Positions 46,253 through 59,876 of a stretch of DNA of 64,000 bases are shown in pieces (position 1 is the stretch's first letter; the number at the start of each line of letters is the position of its first letter). A model generated the notes under the pieces. It made no database searches, was not told the DNA's origin, and saw nothing but the letters and a program-made list of their open reading frames with translations. Source of the DNA: Octopus sinensis (lineage: Eukaryota); contig NC_042998.1 in assembly GCF_006345805.1 (NCBI RefSeq), positions 36,022,001 to 36,086,000 of the forward strand. Reading direction: 5' to 3'. Made by a program: the position numbers and the translations under genes.

Positions 46253-46789
46253 ATAGATAATACTAATAATGAATAGGAAATTAAAATTATATAAACTAAA
46301 ATTATTTGGTAAAATAAAAATTGGTGCATTTATTAAATAACATTAGTTATAAGGCCGGTCTAGACTATAATATTATGGTACTCTCATCAGTACTCCATTT
46401 ATTTGGGAGGGTTTTAAAGGTTCTCAGTAAATATGAACTCCTCAATTTATTTCTTTTATTTAATGAGTCAGATTCGGATATCTAGTTTCTCAGCAAGGCA
46501 AAAGCTGCATCTAAATTTCCTTGCATTGTACAGCGGTGCACTACTTATTACAGTTCATTTCATATTGTACCTAACATCCTTCACTTCAAGGCTCCAGGAA
46601 AATTTACTGAAAGAAGTGAAGTTTTATATATATATATATATATAAAACTTAGAAGATGCAAAACGTTTGGGTGACACCGTAGGGCTTGAAATAAATTCAC
46701 GATTTTACACACATGCAAATCAATACCACACATTCGCCTCCCGAGTTTCGTTTCCCATACAGTATCTGCGATTCTTTGTTTATTCATCT

Positions 46790-47072
46790 ATGGTACAGTA
46801 CGTATTTTCTTTTAATATATTTAAATTAATGTATTATACAGTGCAGTACTGCACTGTATTCTTACTTATTAATATATTAATATTTAGGCGTGAAAATGCT
46901 TCTTTTACCACAGAAATAATCAAAGTCTAAAAAAATATAACTACTTATCGGCTGCAGAAACCCGCGATGTACCGAGGGGTTAGCGATATAACTTTACATA
47001 TATTAGCCAGAAAAATCCGTGACGTATTGAGTGCGCGATAGGTGAACCGTGCGATATGGTGAGTAATTACTG
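46790..47072. mobile_element. pogo/Tigger-like remnant (one TIR)
   Basis: Right end reverse complement TA|CAGTAATTACTCACCATATCGCACGGTTCACCTATCGCG. Confidence 0.55.
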
Positions 47073-47202
47073 TATGTATGTATATATATGTATATATATG
47101 TATATATATGTATATATATATATGTATGTATATATATATATGTATATATGTATTTATATATGTATATATGTATATATATATGTATATATGTATATATATA
47201 TG

Positions 47203-47233
<31 letters not shown>

Positions 47234-47235
47234 CA
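47073..47235. repeat. (TATATG)n-type microsatellite
   Basis: Direct run. Confidence 0.95.
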
Positions 47236-48144
47236 AATGAAGGTCCGTCTGTCTGCCAGTCTGAATGTCCATCCGTCTTTCTGTATCTGTCTCTCTACCT
47301 ATGTATCTTTGTACGTATCTATCTATCTACCCACACACACACACATACTCACAGAGACGTGTATGTGTGTGTGTAGGCACATATCATGTATGCGTGCTTC
47401 CGTTTTGGTGTTTGTATTGTTTCGTTTCACATCCCATGATGTAGCAGTTCGACAAAGATATTCAACAACATATGTTCCAGACAAAAAAAAAACAAAACAA
47501 AACCAAACAATAAAAAGAGAAAAGAGAAAAAAAAAAAGAGACAAATTCCACTTAACTTCGAATCATATATTTTACAATTGTACATTCCACTTAAATGCCT
47601 ACAGGTACGCATGCGCATAAAGGGATATTTTTTAATGAGATCTCGTCGTTCATTTTTATATAATCAACTCTTGTTTTAGGTCATAGATTATAAAGCCAAT
47701 ATTTTTTGTATAACGATAATATATAATTATAATTAATTCCATTAACGGCACTGGTGCTAATAAAACACCAATAAACATCAATTATGTGAACAACAGCAGC
47801 TGCCAGAGTTCATATTAACTTCAACATGACGGCATTGAAATGGGAAGGGGACACATGGAAAATTAATGAGATGGCATTCAAACAGAGTTCTGCGATTCTG
47901 ATGTATTGTGAATTACCGTTTCTACTAATTCACTCCCCTGCAACAATTAACGCTGCAATAAATTAACTGATATTAAATAGACTTCAGTTAATTTGGTCGA
48001 CTCATACTTATGTCCTCCACTCGGAGTTCAGAACTAGAAAAAAAACAACAACAAACAAAACAAAAAAAACAAAAACGTAAAACGGAGTCCTTCAAAATTT
48101 GAGTACAATATATTGCAAACTCGCATATTTACAACATACACACG

Positions 48145-48221
<77 letters not shown>

Positions 48222-48367
48222 ACACACACACACACACACAAACACACACGTATAGCTGTGTATGTGTGTGCATCTTTGCATTTGTCTACCCACCACTTGA
48301 CGACCTGTGTTTGGTTTACGTCCCCGTAACAAAGCGGTTCGGCAAAATATCTATCTATCTATCTATC

Positions 48368-48429
<62 letters not shown>

Positions 48430-48592
48430 TGTGTATGAATATATAGGAATTAATATATATATAGACGTATATTTGCCATTTAAATATGGCTAACCTCTAA
48501 GGGTGGATGCTACTGCAGTTTGTAGCCCCAGGAGGACACCTCCTCCAGCTGGCTATAGACACACTTTCTGTGCCCTATAACTCGCTCTGAGA

Positions 48593-48655
<63 letters not shown>

Positions 48656-49335
48656 AATGTATATGTATGAATGTATAGGAAATAATGTATATAATCAAAA
48701 TAAGCAACAAGGATATCCAGAGGTAATGCAGTACGATCGTTTCATACACATATGTATATACTCTCTCTCTATATATATACACTCATAAATATATGCTTTC
48801 TTTTCATTTAAGAAACCCAAGATGGCAGTCTTCGTCTGTCACGTGATGTGTAATATTACCTGTGTTGTCTTTTGTTCTGAACAGAAATAGGAAAAAGTTA
48901 GACATACACATTATTATTCCTATTTACCTCCATAGAAATATTCTCTGCCGAATGGTTAAGTATTCCACGTAGTCTCAAGAACGATCTCACAGCATGAAAT
49001 ATTGGACAAGTCTCTTTTGTCACAGTCTCCGTTGGTTGGATGCCACCTGTAATGTAAAGTTCCGGTCTTGTGACAAGGTATCACATCAATCTTACATCAG
49101 TTATCTTTATGCTTTGGAGTGTCAGTGGAATATTCTGTCTCGTACATGTTAAACTAAAATGCAATTGTTGCGGTTGGTCGAACAATTGAATACTCTTCGT
49201 GGAAACCAACGGAGATCCATTTATATGAATGTATATACGTATCTGCATGCAATTGCGTTTGTATAAATGTTTATTTGTATGCATCGATGTCATTGTACGA
49301 GTTGGTCAGTATTCTTTGGTTATGCATTAGCACAT

Positions 49336-49501
49336 AAGCGCAGGTGTGACTGTGTGGTAAGAAGCTTGCTTCCCAACCACATGGTTCCAGGTTCAGTTCC
49401 ACTGCGTGGCACCTTGGGCAAGTGTCTTCTACTATAGCCTCGAGCCAACTAAAGCCTTGTGAGTGGATTTGGTAGACAGAAACTAAAAGAAGCTCATCGT
49501 G

Positions 49502-49554
<53 letters not shown>

Positions 49555-49710
49555 CGGAGATGTACTCGCATAGCACGGATTTTTGTCAGTGAACAGGTCG
49601 CGGATTTTAGCGACGAAAATATTTTGACAAATTAAACTTAAATGTTGAAGTGAATTGAACGGCTTTTGTGTGTTTCTTAAATGGCTTATAAACACCTTCC
49701 ACGCTGCATT

Positions 49711-49749
<39 letters not shown>

Positions 49750-49941
49750 GAGTGTTTGTCCCTCCCCTCACTCGATTGTTGGTGTGTTTACGCCCCGTGT
49801 GTTTACGTAACATAGCGGTTCGACAAAAGAGACCGACATAAGTACTGGGCTTATAAAAGAAGTCCTGGGTTCGATTTTTTCGACTAAAAGGCGGTGCTCC
49901 AGCATGGCCGCAGTCAAATGACTGAAACAAGTAAAAGAATA
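49336..49941 (+). mobile_element. SINE family B with nested MITE fragment
   Basis: Head, then (TA)n, a foreign block at 49552-49708, (TA)n, then the 3' half. Confidence 0.88.
49552..49708 (-). mobile_element. Truncated TA-targeting MITE, opposite orientation to 9236
   Basis: Terminus TTACGGAGATGTACTCGCATAGCA; interior overlaps the 9236 copy in reverse complement. Confidence 0.7.
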
Positions 49942-50511
49942 ACGGAACATATTACAAAGTCTTCGTATCTACACGTTTATGTGTGTGCACGCTGTGTCAA
50001 CTTTCTGGACATTTTCTCCTGCTTTGAGTTTCATTAAAACTTTTGGTATTTGTAATTTTCTAATTAGTTGTGTCCTTTCTCGTTTGATTCGGGATTGTTT
50101 ACTTACAGGTATTGATCTCTAACATTGCCAGAAAGATCACAAAGCTCATTGATATTTACTTCATCGACATGGGAAGGATGAAAGGTGACGAGTCATGGCG
50201 TGATTTGAACTCACTTAAGTACAGGGAATAAACTAAATATCACAGTGAATTTAGTCTGGTGATCTACCGATTCCGCTAATCAATTACTGGTTTCTGTAAT
50301 TGTTTACATGTTGGGAAACCGCTTACAGAGGAGTCCCTGGGGTTGTTGGAACCCGCTTCTTATTTAATCGATTTCTATTAGTTATGTTTGGAGCTTAATG
50401 ACAAATAACTTAAGCAACACAAAAGACTACTGTAAACACATACACTCATGCACAAACGCACATACATACATACACACACTTACATACGCAGACACACACA
50501 CACGCGCGCAC

Positions 50512-50668
50512 AATCGGCTTCTCCACAGTATCTGTCTACCAACTTTCACTCAGCTGCCGTCGGTCAACTCGAGGCAACAGTAAAAGATACTTGCTCAAAG
50601 TGCCGCAACGTGGGATCGAACTCAGAACCATATGGCTGTGAAGTGAACATTTTAACCTCACAACCATA
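50512..50668 (-). mobile_element. Old SINE family B 5' half
   Basis: Degenerate AAGATACTTGCTCAAAGTGCCGCAACGTGGGATCGAAC. Confidence 0.55.
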
Positions 50669-50982
50669 CGCCCGATTATGTATATAAATCATTAAGATAA
50701 GCCTGAGCCAACGAAGCAGCGTGGAAGTGGTTTCTCGTCCTGCAAGAAATGATAAAGAAATCTTCCTGGATTTCCTTGCTCAAGTAATCCTAAGTAGAAT
50801 CTGCCAGAAAAGAAGACGAGACGACCAGGGCTTGAATTTCGTCTGAATGTTGCAATGGAATTAGTTCCCTTAGAATGTGCGAAGACTGTCAGAGAACGAG
50901 AGAAAACATGACTCAACACCAAACGTCCTCTAAATAAATGAATGAATGTATAAATAAATACTTCTAGTTGTGAATGTTTTTT

Positions 50983-51250
50983 GGGGAATTACAACTGTGT
51001 TTCGCGGTCTGCTACCACAACCGCTCCTTTATAGGATCCAGTTAGTTCAATACATCATCAGGAGGAACCACGTCCGGTTTCGGCCCCTACACCTCTACCG
51101 TTTTGACGTGGCGGGGCCCCCCACTTTCGGAGGGGTCTTCAGCTTTGGTGTTGGGTGCATGTCTTCTTTCTTCTTCTTTCTTCTGTTCCCTGGCCTCTTC
51201 GATGTATCGTCAGCAAGTGTCAGCGGGTGACTGACTGTCTTGTCAAATTT
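50983..51250 (-). repeat. About 255-bp unclassified dispersed repeat, copy 2
   Basis: Reverse complement of 40382-40636. Confidence 0.85.
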
Positions 51251-51519
51251 TTCCCTTTAAATTTTTTTTTTCAAAATTCTCATATAAACACAATAGAACA
51301 ACACAAAAAAACGCCAACACAAGCACAACACGGGTCCCGAGTACTGTAACACTGGCGACAACAACAACGAAAGCATGAAGTACACTCATCTCTCTTACCA
51401 TGTATTCTATGAATCTATCGGTCGGCACAGAATATATGAAAAGTACAACTTCTCACTGGAAAACGAACTTCGTATGTCTCACTCACTCACGTAAAGAATT
51501 TGAAAGAATTTTATTTTAG

Positions 51520-51745
51520 AATTCTTTAATACGATTTTAACGGCATCAAAAACATGGAACTAAAAGATATTAACGCCTGTATGACATTCACGTTGCAGTT
51601 CTTCAGGAAACGGTTTCATTGCCTCAAGATATAACACTGCATATTCTCATTTGTGCTTCGATCAGCTTAGACAGACATACATAGCGACGGAAGAGGTCTG
51701 ATCGCCTGCGTAAAATCATGCATGAAGTTCATTCATATCACAAAT
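51520..51745 (+). pseudogene. LINE AP-endonuclease N-terminal fragment
   Basis: FNGIKNMELKD / DIHVAVLQET ... DR, across a frameshift. Confidence 0.55.
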
Positions 51746-51816
51746 GACATTAACAAGCTGATAGGAAACAACATCACACTTGAAATATAGGCTTTCAATG
51801 TAACAGTCTAGGAAAC

Positions 51817-52318
51817 ATGCTTAGCGGCATTTTGTCTGTCTCTACGTCCTGCGTTCAAATTCCTCCGAGACCGACTTTGCCTTTCATCCTTTCGGGATCG
51901 ATTAAATAAGTACCAGTTACGCACTGGGGTCGATATAATCGACTTAATCCGTTTGTCTGTCCTTGTTTGTCCTCTCTGTTTTTAGCCCCTTGTCGGTAGT
52001 AAAGAAATAGGTATTTCGTCTGTCTCTACGTTCTGAGTTCAAATTCCTCCGAGACCGACTTTGCTTTTCATCCTTTCGGGGTCGATTAAATAAGTACCAG
52101 TTACGCACTGGGGTCGATATAATCGACTTAATCCGTTTGTCTATCCTTGTTTGTCCGCTCTGTGTTTAGCCCCTTGTCGGTAGTAAAGAAATAGGTATTT
52201 GTCCTTCATTTCTTTCGGAGCCGATAAAATAACTAAATAACAGTTGATCACTGTGGTCGGTGAAATATACTATCCCCCTCCCCCGAAATTGCTGGCTTTG
52301 TGCCAAAATTTGAAACCA
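51817..52318 (+). mobile_element. SINE family A trimer (A1-A1-A2, 5'-truncated)
   Basis: Junctions at 52009/52010 and 52193/52194. Confidence 0.9.
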
Positions 52319-52654
52319 ATATAATGGTCTAGGATCATGGAAGCAAACCAATAAAACACACACACACAAACACACCCACGTTTCACACGAAGCCATCACC
52401 AGATAATGGTCTCTGCTCCGCATTTCTGTCAACCAAAAACACATGGCAAACCTCTAAACAACTCCACCAGTTGTAACCATGACAACAATGGTTAACAAAT
52501 AGAATGCCTGACCTGTCTCTCACTCAATCTCTCCACAATAAACCAAACTAAACAACAGAGTGCACAAAACAAAGCATCATCATAGGCTGCTGACAACCCA
52601 TACCTGCAGGTCATCGGAGCAACGAAACATAAATAATGAAAATGAAAGACCTGG

Positions 52655-52732
52655 ATATGAATTTCACGAACAGGCTGTTCCGTTGATCGGATCAACTGGA
52701 ATCCTGGTCGGCGCAACCGACGGAGTGTCACA
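52655..52732 (+). mobile_element. SINE family C tail (C1) fragment
   Basis: AATTTCACGAACAGGCTGTTCCGTTGATCGGATCAACTGG...AACCGACGGAGTG. Confidence 0.75.
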
Positions 52733-52742
52733 TACGTATATA

Positions 52743-52791
<49 letters not shown>

Positions 52792-53300
52792 TTATGTGCA
52801 TGTATAAGCGCGTGTGATTGTGAGTGCGCGCACGCGTATAAATTTCTGAATGGGATAAACATGATCATCGAAAAAAAAAAAGTACTTTGTCGTATTTCTT
52901 TTCATCCGAGTTTTGCGCCATGATCCACGAGATTTTCTTTGTTTATAAGATGTGTAAATAAATCAGAAGATATCCGAGAAAATATAATCCAGCCGAAAAA
53001 CCCTGGAAAGCGGTTCATAGGATTAAGGGAATAGAGAATAAAATAAAAAGTATATATAAATACACACACGCATATATATATATATGGACACATACACACA
53101 CACACATATATGTATATTAATAACAATATTTATAAGTTTAAAGCTTATGAGCAATCACAGTGTATTGACTAAGGTAAATAGTCTAATATTGGTGCATATA
53201 AGCCCTCGACAAAATAATTAGGGTTTGCCACACGCATGGGACTAGAGCACATACCTCTATATATTCGTGACAAGTGTTCTACCATTACACTAACGTACGT

Positions 53301-53356
<56 letters not shown>

Positions 53357-53358
<2 letters not shown>

Positions 53359-53492
53359 CGGACTTCTCTCAGTTTGCGTCTACTAAATCTAAACACGATG
53401 CTTTGGCCGACCCGAGGTTATAGTAGACACTTGCCACGCAGTGAGATTGATCCCCGAACCATGTGGTTGGGAAGTAGGCTTCTTACCATACA
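53357..53492 (-). mobile_element. SINE family B 5' half
   Basis: Degenerate head plus CTTCTCTCAGTTTGCGTCTAC. Confidence 0.7.
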
Positions 53493-53493
53493 A

Positions 53494-53608
53494 CTGTCTG
53501 TCTGTCTGTCTGTCCGCCTGTCCGTCCGTCCGTCCGTCCGTCCGTCCGTCCGTCCGTCCGCGTCCGTCCGTCCGCCCGCCCGCCCGCCCGTCCGTCCGTC
53601 CGTCCGTC
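53494..53608. repeat. (GTCT)/(GTCC)/(GCCC)n tetranucleotide array
   Basis: Direct run. Confidence 0.95.
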
Positions 53609-53610
53609 TA

Positions 53611-53815
53611 CAGTAATCCTTCTACTATCGCGAGTGTTACCTTCCAAAACTCCCCGCGATTAGTGAAAATACACGAAGTAGAAACGGTGCAGTACTGTAT
53701 GTTTTTAACAAAATTTTATAATTTGTATATATTTATTTTACTAGAAATGCAAAACAACACCACTGAGGGATCGATGTAAGCTTAGATAATAAACCGCGAT
53801 ATGACGAGGGATTAC
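53611..53815. mobile_element. pogo/Tigger-like MITE
   Basis: TA|CAGTAATCCTTCTACTATCGCG ... CGCGATATGACGAGGGATTAC. Confidence 0.7.
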
Positions 53816-53846
53816 ATACATACATATATATATGCATATATATACA

Positions 53847-53880
<34 letters not shown>

Positions 53881-54400
53881 TATATATGCATGTATATACA
53901 TGCATATATATATATATATATATCTGCATATATATGCATTTATATACATGCATATATATATATATGCATGTATATACATGCATATATATATATATACATG
54001 CATATATATGCATATATATACATGCATATATATGCATATATATACATGCATATATATGCATATATATATATATGCATATATATACATGCATATATATGCA
54101 TATATATATATATACATGCATATATATATATGCATATATATACATGCATATATATATATATGCATATATATACATGCATATATATATACATGCTTATATA
54201 TATATATGCATATATATACATGCATATATATATATATGCATATATATACATGCATATATATATATATGCATATATATACATGCATATATATATATATATA
54301 TATAAACATGCATATACATTTATATATACATATGCATATATACACACAAATATATATGCATGTGCGTGTATATGTATGTGTGTACGCAAGTGCATAAATC
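53816..54400. repeat. ATATATGC/ATACATGC compound microsatellite
   Basis: Direct; it explains the YI/MH-repeat ORFs. Confidence 0.97.
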
Positions 54401-54679
54401 AATGCCTGTGTATATATGTATATATTATACAGGCTTGTTTGAATGTGTGCGTATGTCTAAACACACTGCTCTTACTGTTTTTCCCATTGCCTCTTCCCGT
54501 CACCTTACTCTCCTCCCCCGTCATCTCCCCCACCCCCCTCGACCTCGTCATCGCAAACTTTGTCATCGCATTAGTATCATTATTCTTGACGCAGGATTTG
54601 CTCTCGTTACCATAGTCGGCGCTATTGTTGCAATCTTACATGCTTTTGCTTTTAACGGCCATCATGAGCAGAATGGCGG

Positions 54680-54898
54680 CGATGATGACGACGACGATGA
54701 TGACGACGATGATGATGATAATGATGATGATTACCGTGATGATAATGAGGATAATGATGACGGTAATGATGACGATAATGATGATTAGGATGATGACAAT
54801 TACTGGGAGATCACGATTATGTTGAATTTTTTGATGTGAATGAGGATGATGATGATGATGATGATGATGTGGATGATGATAATTGGTGATGATGGTAG

Positions 54899-54931
<33 letters not shown>

Positions 54932-54945
54932 CACTGACAATGATG
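54680..54945. repeat. (GAT)n microsatellites
   Basis: Direct runs. Confidence 0.92.
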
Positions 54946-55404
54946 ATCAGTCGAAGTAGACTGCCACACGGCTGTATGACTCCGTCTTAATGCCCACGTT
55001 TGCCAGAGCCATCAATCTTCTCTTGGATGCAGTATACATGTCACACACAAGCACACACACACATACAACCATACACAGCCATACACTCATTCAAACGCAC
55101 TGAAGAAAGAAAGAAAACAACAAGAAAAAAACAAGAAAAAAAAGAAAAAAAGCCCAGAAGAACGAAAAGTGTGTATCGTTTTCCGTCGCTCATGTCGTTT
55201 AGCTATCTTCAACTTTCCATATTTCTCGGTTATGTGTCATTAAGACAATATGATTTACATCGTTGCTCTGCACCACACACACACACACACACTAAAAAAC
55301 ACACACATACACACACTCAAATACACACACATACACACACGCATGACAATTATACAGGCACAAACACACACTTAAACGCATCTCAAAATACACATACATG
55401 TGTT

Positions 55405-55455
<51 letters not shown>

Positions 55456-55967
55456 TTATGTGTGTGTTAACGTGTCTGTGTGCTTAAGCGTATTCAGGTG
55501 TACGAATCTATGCACACACGCTCACACACACACTGTTACACAACCGTACAAATGCATAAAACCGTACACGCACAGAGAAATATACACACGCGCACACATG
55601 AAGAAAGAAAAGGAAGGACATATTCACATACACTCCTACACACACACACACACACACATATTTCTCGTTTCAACTCTCCATGACTTCAATGCATATAAGA
55701 ATACTTAAAAAAAAATTGACTTCATACACACACACACACATACGTACATGCATACATAGACACAATAATATATTACGATACATCTTTCCATATCTATGTC
55801 ATAGGATAGCTTACAGAATGCTCAATACTTTACAGTAGAGCTAAACCATGTAATCGGATTCACGTGCAAGAATATACATGCAAACTACATCAGGAAGGAG
55901 CGATATCATATTAAATTTACATATATTTAGAAATATGTATGCATGCATGTGTGTATATATATATATA

Positions 55968-56202
55968 TCGTTTGTTATTATGTTAAACTGTCCTATGTCC
56001 AAGGTTGGCCAAATGCGTTTTTTTTTGCAATAGCAGGTTCTTTTGGTCAAACTATCGTATCTCCAGCCGCTTCTGATGCCAAGATATCAAAAATTGTCGA
56101 AGTGTAGGACAACGGTTTTGCTCTGGAATGGTGAAACTATTTTTTTCAATTTCTGATAATGCAACGTTTTGAACTTACGACACTTTTGCATGATAGCAAC
56201 GA
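55968..56202 (-). mobile_element. Internally deleted copy of the 17685 MITE
   Basis: Same TIRs and interior pieces, reversed orientation, in (TA)n. Confidence 0.85.
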
Positions 56203-56354
56203 TATATATATATATATACAAAAAAGGGTGAAATATAATTAATTTAATAAATTTCACCCAGTAGATTTTTCGGTATGGAAACAAGCCTATGGAAAATACC
56301 ATGTTGCAATTAACCCTTTATTATAATTAATATATATATACACACATACACACA

Positions 56355-56690
56355 AACATATCTATTGCATCTATATATTTGTATATGCGTATGTATATAT
56401 ATATATACATACATATCTATTGCATCTATATATTTGTATATATATATACATACATATCTATTGCATCTATATATTTGTATATATATATACGTACATATCT
56501 ATTGCATCTATATATTTGTATATATATATACATACATATCTATTGCATCTATATATTTGTAATATATATATACACACATACACACAAACATATCTATTGC
56601 ATCTATATATTGTATATATATATACATACATATCTATTGCATCTATATATTTGTATATATATATACATACATATCTATTGCATCTATATA

Positions 56691-56695
<5 letters not shown>
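56355..56695. repeat. About 40-bp minisatellite (CATATCTATTGCATCTATATATTTG...), about 8 units
   Basis: ATATCTATTGCATCTATATAT recurs every 40 to 50 bp. Confidence 0.9.
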
Positions 56696-56769
<74 letters not shown>

Positions 56770-58699
56770 ATGCATATATTTCTTTCGCATATCTGCAAGA
56801 CTCTGTCACCAACCAATTCCATTATTATGAATCTGAATTGGGAATTTGAGTGTTAGTGATTGTTTCATTAGCTGATTGCACAATCATGGACGCCACCTCC
56901 ATGGATGCATTTCTGTCACTCTCCTGATAGAACTCGGTAACCCTGACCGTTGATCTAGGATTCCTCCTCTCAGCATCAATATAAAAAAAAACACCGTTGG
57001 CCCAGTTGAACGTCTCCGCTACCTCTTCCCAATCCGCCAAACTACAATCCCATGACTTCGCCGTATCCCTGTGTGTGTGTGTGTGTGTGTGTGTAATCTT
57101 TGGAAAGATGCTGCAGTGTGTCTATTACATCCTACTTTTAATATCTTATGAGTTACACAGACAGCCATTAACAATGAAGTTCCACATATCTCCCTCTCTC
57201 TCTCTCTCTTTTTTTTCCTCTTCCTCAATGACCATCAGTTCAGCTTCCGTGGGGTCAAATCCACTGGATACTTACTCTGATATGCCGTCCACCAGTGAAC
57301 TCTCATCTTAAAGAAATTCACTGAAACTAATATAGTTGACCCAGACAGTTGCAAAACCTTCCTTCAGTTTTTCTAAGCCCCGTAAAAAAGCCCGTTAGGT
57401 TAGGCCTCCAACCAGGCCTTTCGCGACACTCTTAAAGCCAGGAAGTTTTCCGCAGCTCCTCGTATAGAAAAGAATAAAAGAAAATGTCATGTTCCTTTTA
57501 TGTTATAATTAATTAACTTACTCCGTAATATATTATTGCAATTATATTGTTTCATTTCCCAAATTACATTATTACAAACCAGTTGAACTTCTTGGAGAGT
57601 TAGTCATTCAAATGTGAATGTGCAAAGTCTGGCTGTTGACCTTCAATTAAAATATAGTGTATCGACAGAGAGTAGTCTCATCATTTTCACACTAAGTAAC
57701 AGATGAGGAAATAAATACGATGTACGGCAGTAACCTAAATTTGATGTAAAGACGCTTGGTAACAAAGACGGTAGTGTTGTGTACTTTTAAATATTCAAAG
57801 TGAGGCGAATAAATCTACTTTCACACGTATTAATGTTTTAAATTAAAAATAAGTGTCATAAGTAATTATCTATTTAATCTTGGTTTATATTTTTCATTAA
57901 GGATATTATTTTTTGTTAATTCTTCGTTTTTCTGTAGTATTTTCCGCGCATTACTATAATGGAAATAATACAAAATTCGGCTGCCGAGTTGTCGTACATC
58001 AACCTAAATGTTCGTTGGGTGTAATGGTTTTAACAAGTTCGAGTTGCATATCTGCTGTCGGTGAACAATCATTCGTTTTTTAAGAGACGTGCCAGTTTGG
58101 ACAATTGAAATTCTCGTCGTATCTGTACATTTTATGAATTAAATGTTTACAGAAATATGTAAAATTATCTTTTACTAAGAAATGTTTATTTTTCAAATGG
58201 AACTCTGAATCTTGGGATATAGAAATACAAACCCCAAGATTTGATTTTCCTCATTTTTGAGTGCGGGGTTTTAAATAATGTTAATATGGAATTGAACATT
58301 TGTTAATTGTTACTTTAGTGATTTTGGCTATTTTTTGCTTTGAATTATCTTTTCGTTTTTCTAAAATTGTGCTTAATTTTGGATCGCTATTTAAAAGTGG
58401 TGAATTTTGATTAATTTTGATAAAGGCATCAATATTCGTAGAGAAATGCGTTGAAATATGAAGTAAAACATTTGTTTCCCGTTAGCCTTTTACACCCATT
58501 TCATGTGTTTACGATATTCCGAGAAATTTCAAGTTCCAGTCAACAATAATTTATCGCTCACTCATTCTCTCTCTCTTTCTCTCTATATATCTATAAACAT
58601 GTATATATCTTGTAGCCTAGTGATTAGAATACTAAGCTCCATAGGTAGTACACCGTGAACCTGTCCAGGCAACGTCGATTTGATGGAGAGAACGAGCTA

Positions 58700-58889
58700 A
58701 TATATATATGAGTATGTCTAGATATGCAACTTTATGCATGAGAATACATACATAAAGCAAATCATACAAATCTGCACATACATACATATCCTGTTGTTGA
58801 TTTTGAAGTTCCAATGAAGGAGCGTTAGATCTAGGTTAGAACCTGGTTCGTTCTTTATTGGCAAGAAATCTTGAAATAAAACTGAACAA
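58700..58889 (+). mobile_element. Isolated 3'UTR of the R4-like LINE family
   Basis: Reverse-complement homolog of 60250-60083 plus 59647-59612. Confidence 0.75.
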
Positions 58890-59611
58890 TGACACACACG
58901 CACACACACAAGTATATTATACATAAATATATCATACATATATATATGTGTTTGTATGCGTGTGTTTACATGTGTATGTATATGTGTGTATGCACACACT
59001 GCAACACGTACAAATGCAAATCTTAGAAAGAAGTAGAGATATTGGCAGAGATTAACAACAAAACATTCCCTGGCTTTGTTCCTAAAGTGCAAGAAATTAA
59101 AATGACGTATTAGCGACTGAAGATTGGTCAGCCATTTTTGTTTATCAAGCCATTGATTGGTGGATTAGATTAACGGGCAGAATGTGTTAACGGTAGAAAT
59201 CACAGGTGACCTGGTTAATGTATTGTTATTAATGTACTGTAAGTGTGAGAAAAAGGTGAAATGTTCACTTTTTAAACAGTCAGCTAAGATCAACGCCGGT
59301 GATAACAATGTGTATATGCGTGTGATGAACCATGAGATGTTCGATATGTCAGGATATGTGCAACTGTATGTATATGTGCGTATGAACATGTGTGTGTATT
59401 TATGGTGTATTTTGTGTGTGTAGGGCTGTCAAGTACTGTGATGGCCCGTGACGGAAATACGTTTTCAATTCAGATTCGTGGTCAGACTTTGTTCATTTCC
59501 TTTGTGTCTGTAATGCTTCAAGCCTGGTAAGCAGTGATTTTAAATCTCCATCAATGTCTGCGTGTCTGTTTAGGTATGAATAAATGCACAAATGTATAAA
59601 TGTATGTATGT

Positions 59612-59805
59612 GATTGTTTAATTTTATTTCAAGATTTCTTGCCAATAGGAGTGGCTGTGTGGTAATTAGCTTGCTTGCCAACCACATGGTTCTGGGTTCA
59701 GTCCCACTGCGTGGTACCTTGGGCAAGTGTCTTCTACTATAGCCTCGGCCGACCAAAGCCCTGTGAGTGGATTTGGTAGACGGAAACTGAATAAAGCCCA
59801 TCGTA

Positions 59806-59876
<71 letters not shown>

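Noticed and set aside
41-56849. Dozens of ORFs with poly-I/M/H/V/YI/HT/CV content
   Set aside because: They are translations of microsatellites with no domain content.
57395-57410. Telomere-like TTAGG repeat
   Set aside because: Only two units.
59110-59200. Promoter from two ATTGG (CCAAT) boxes
   Set aside because: Short motifs are expected by chance, and there is no downstream gene evidence.
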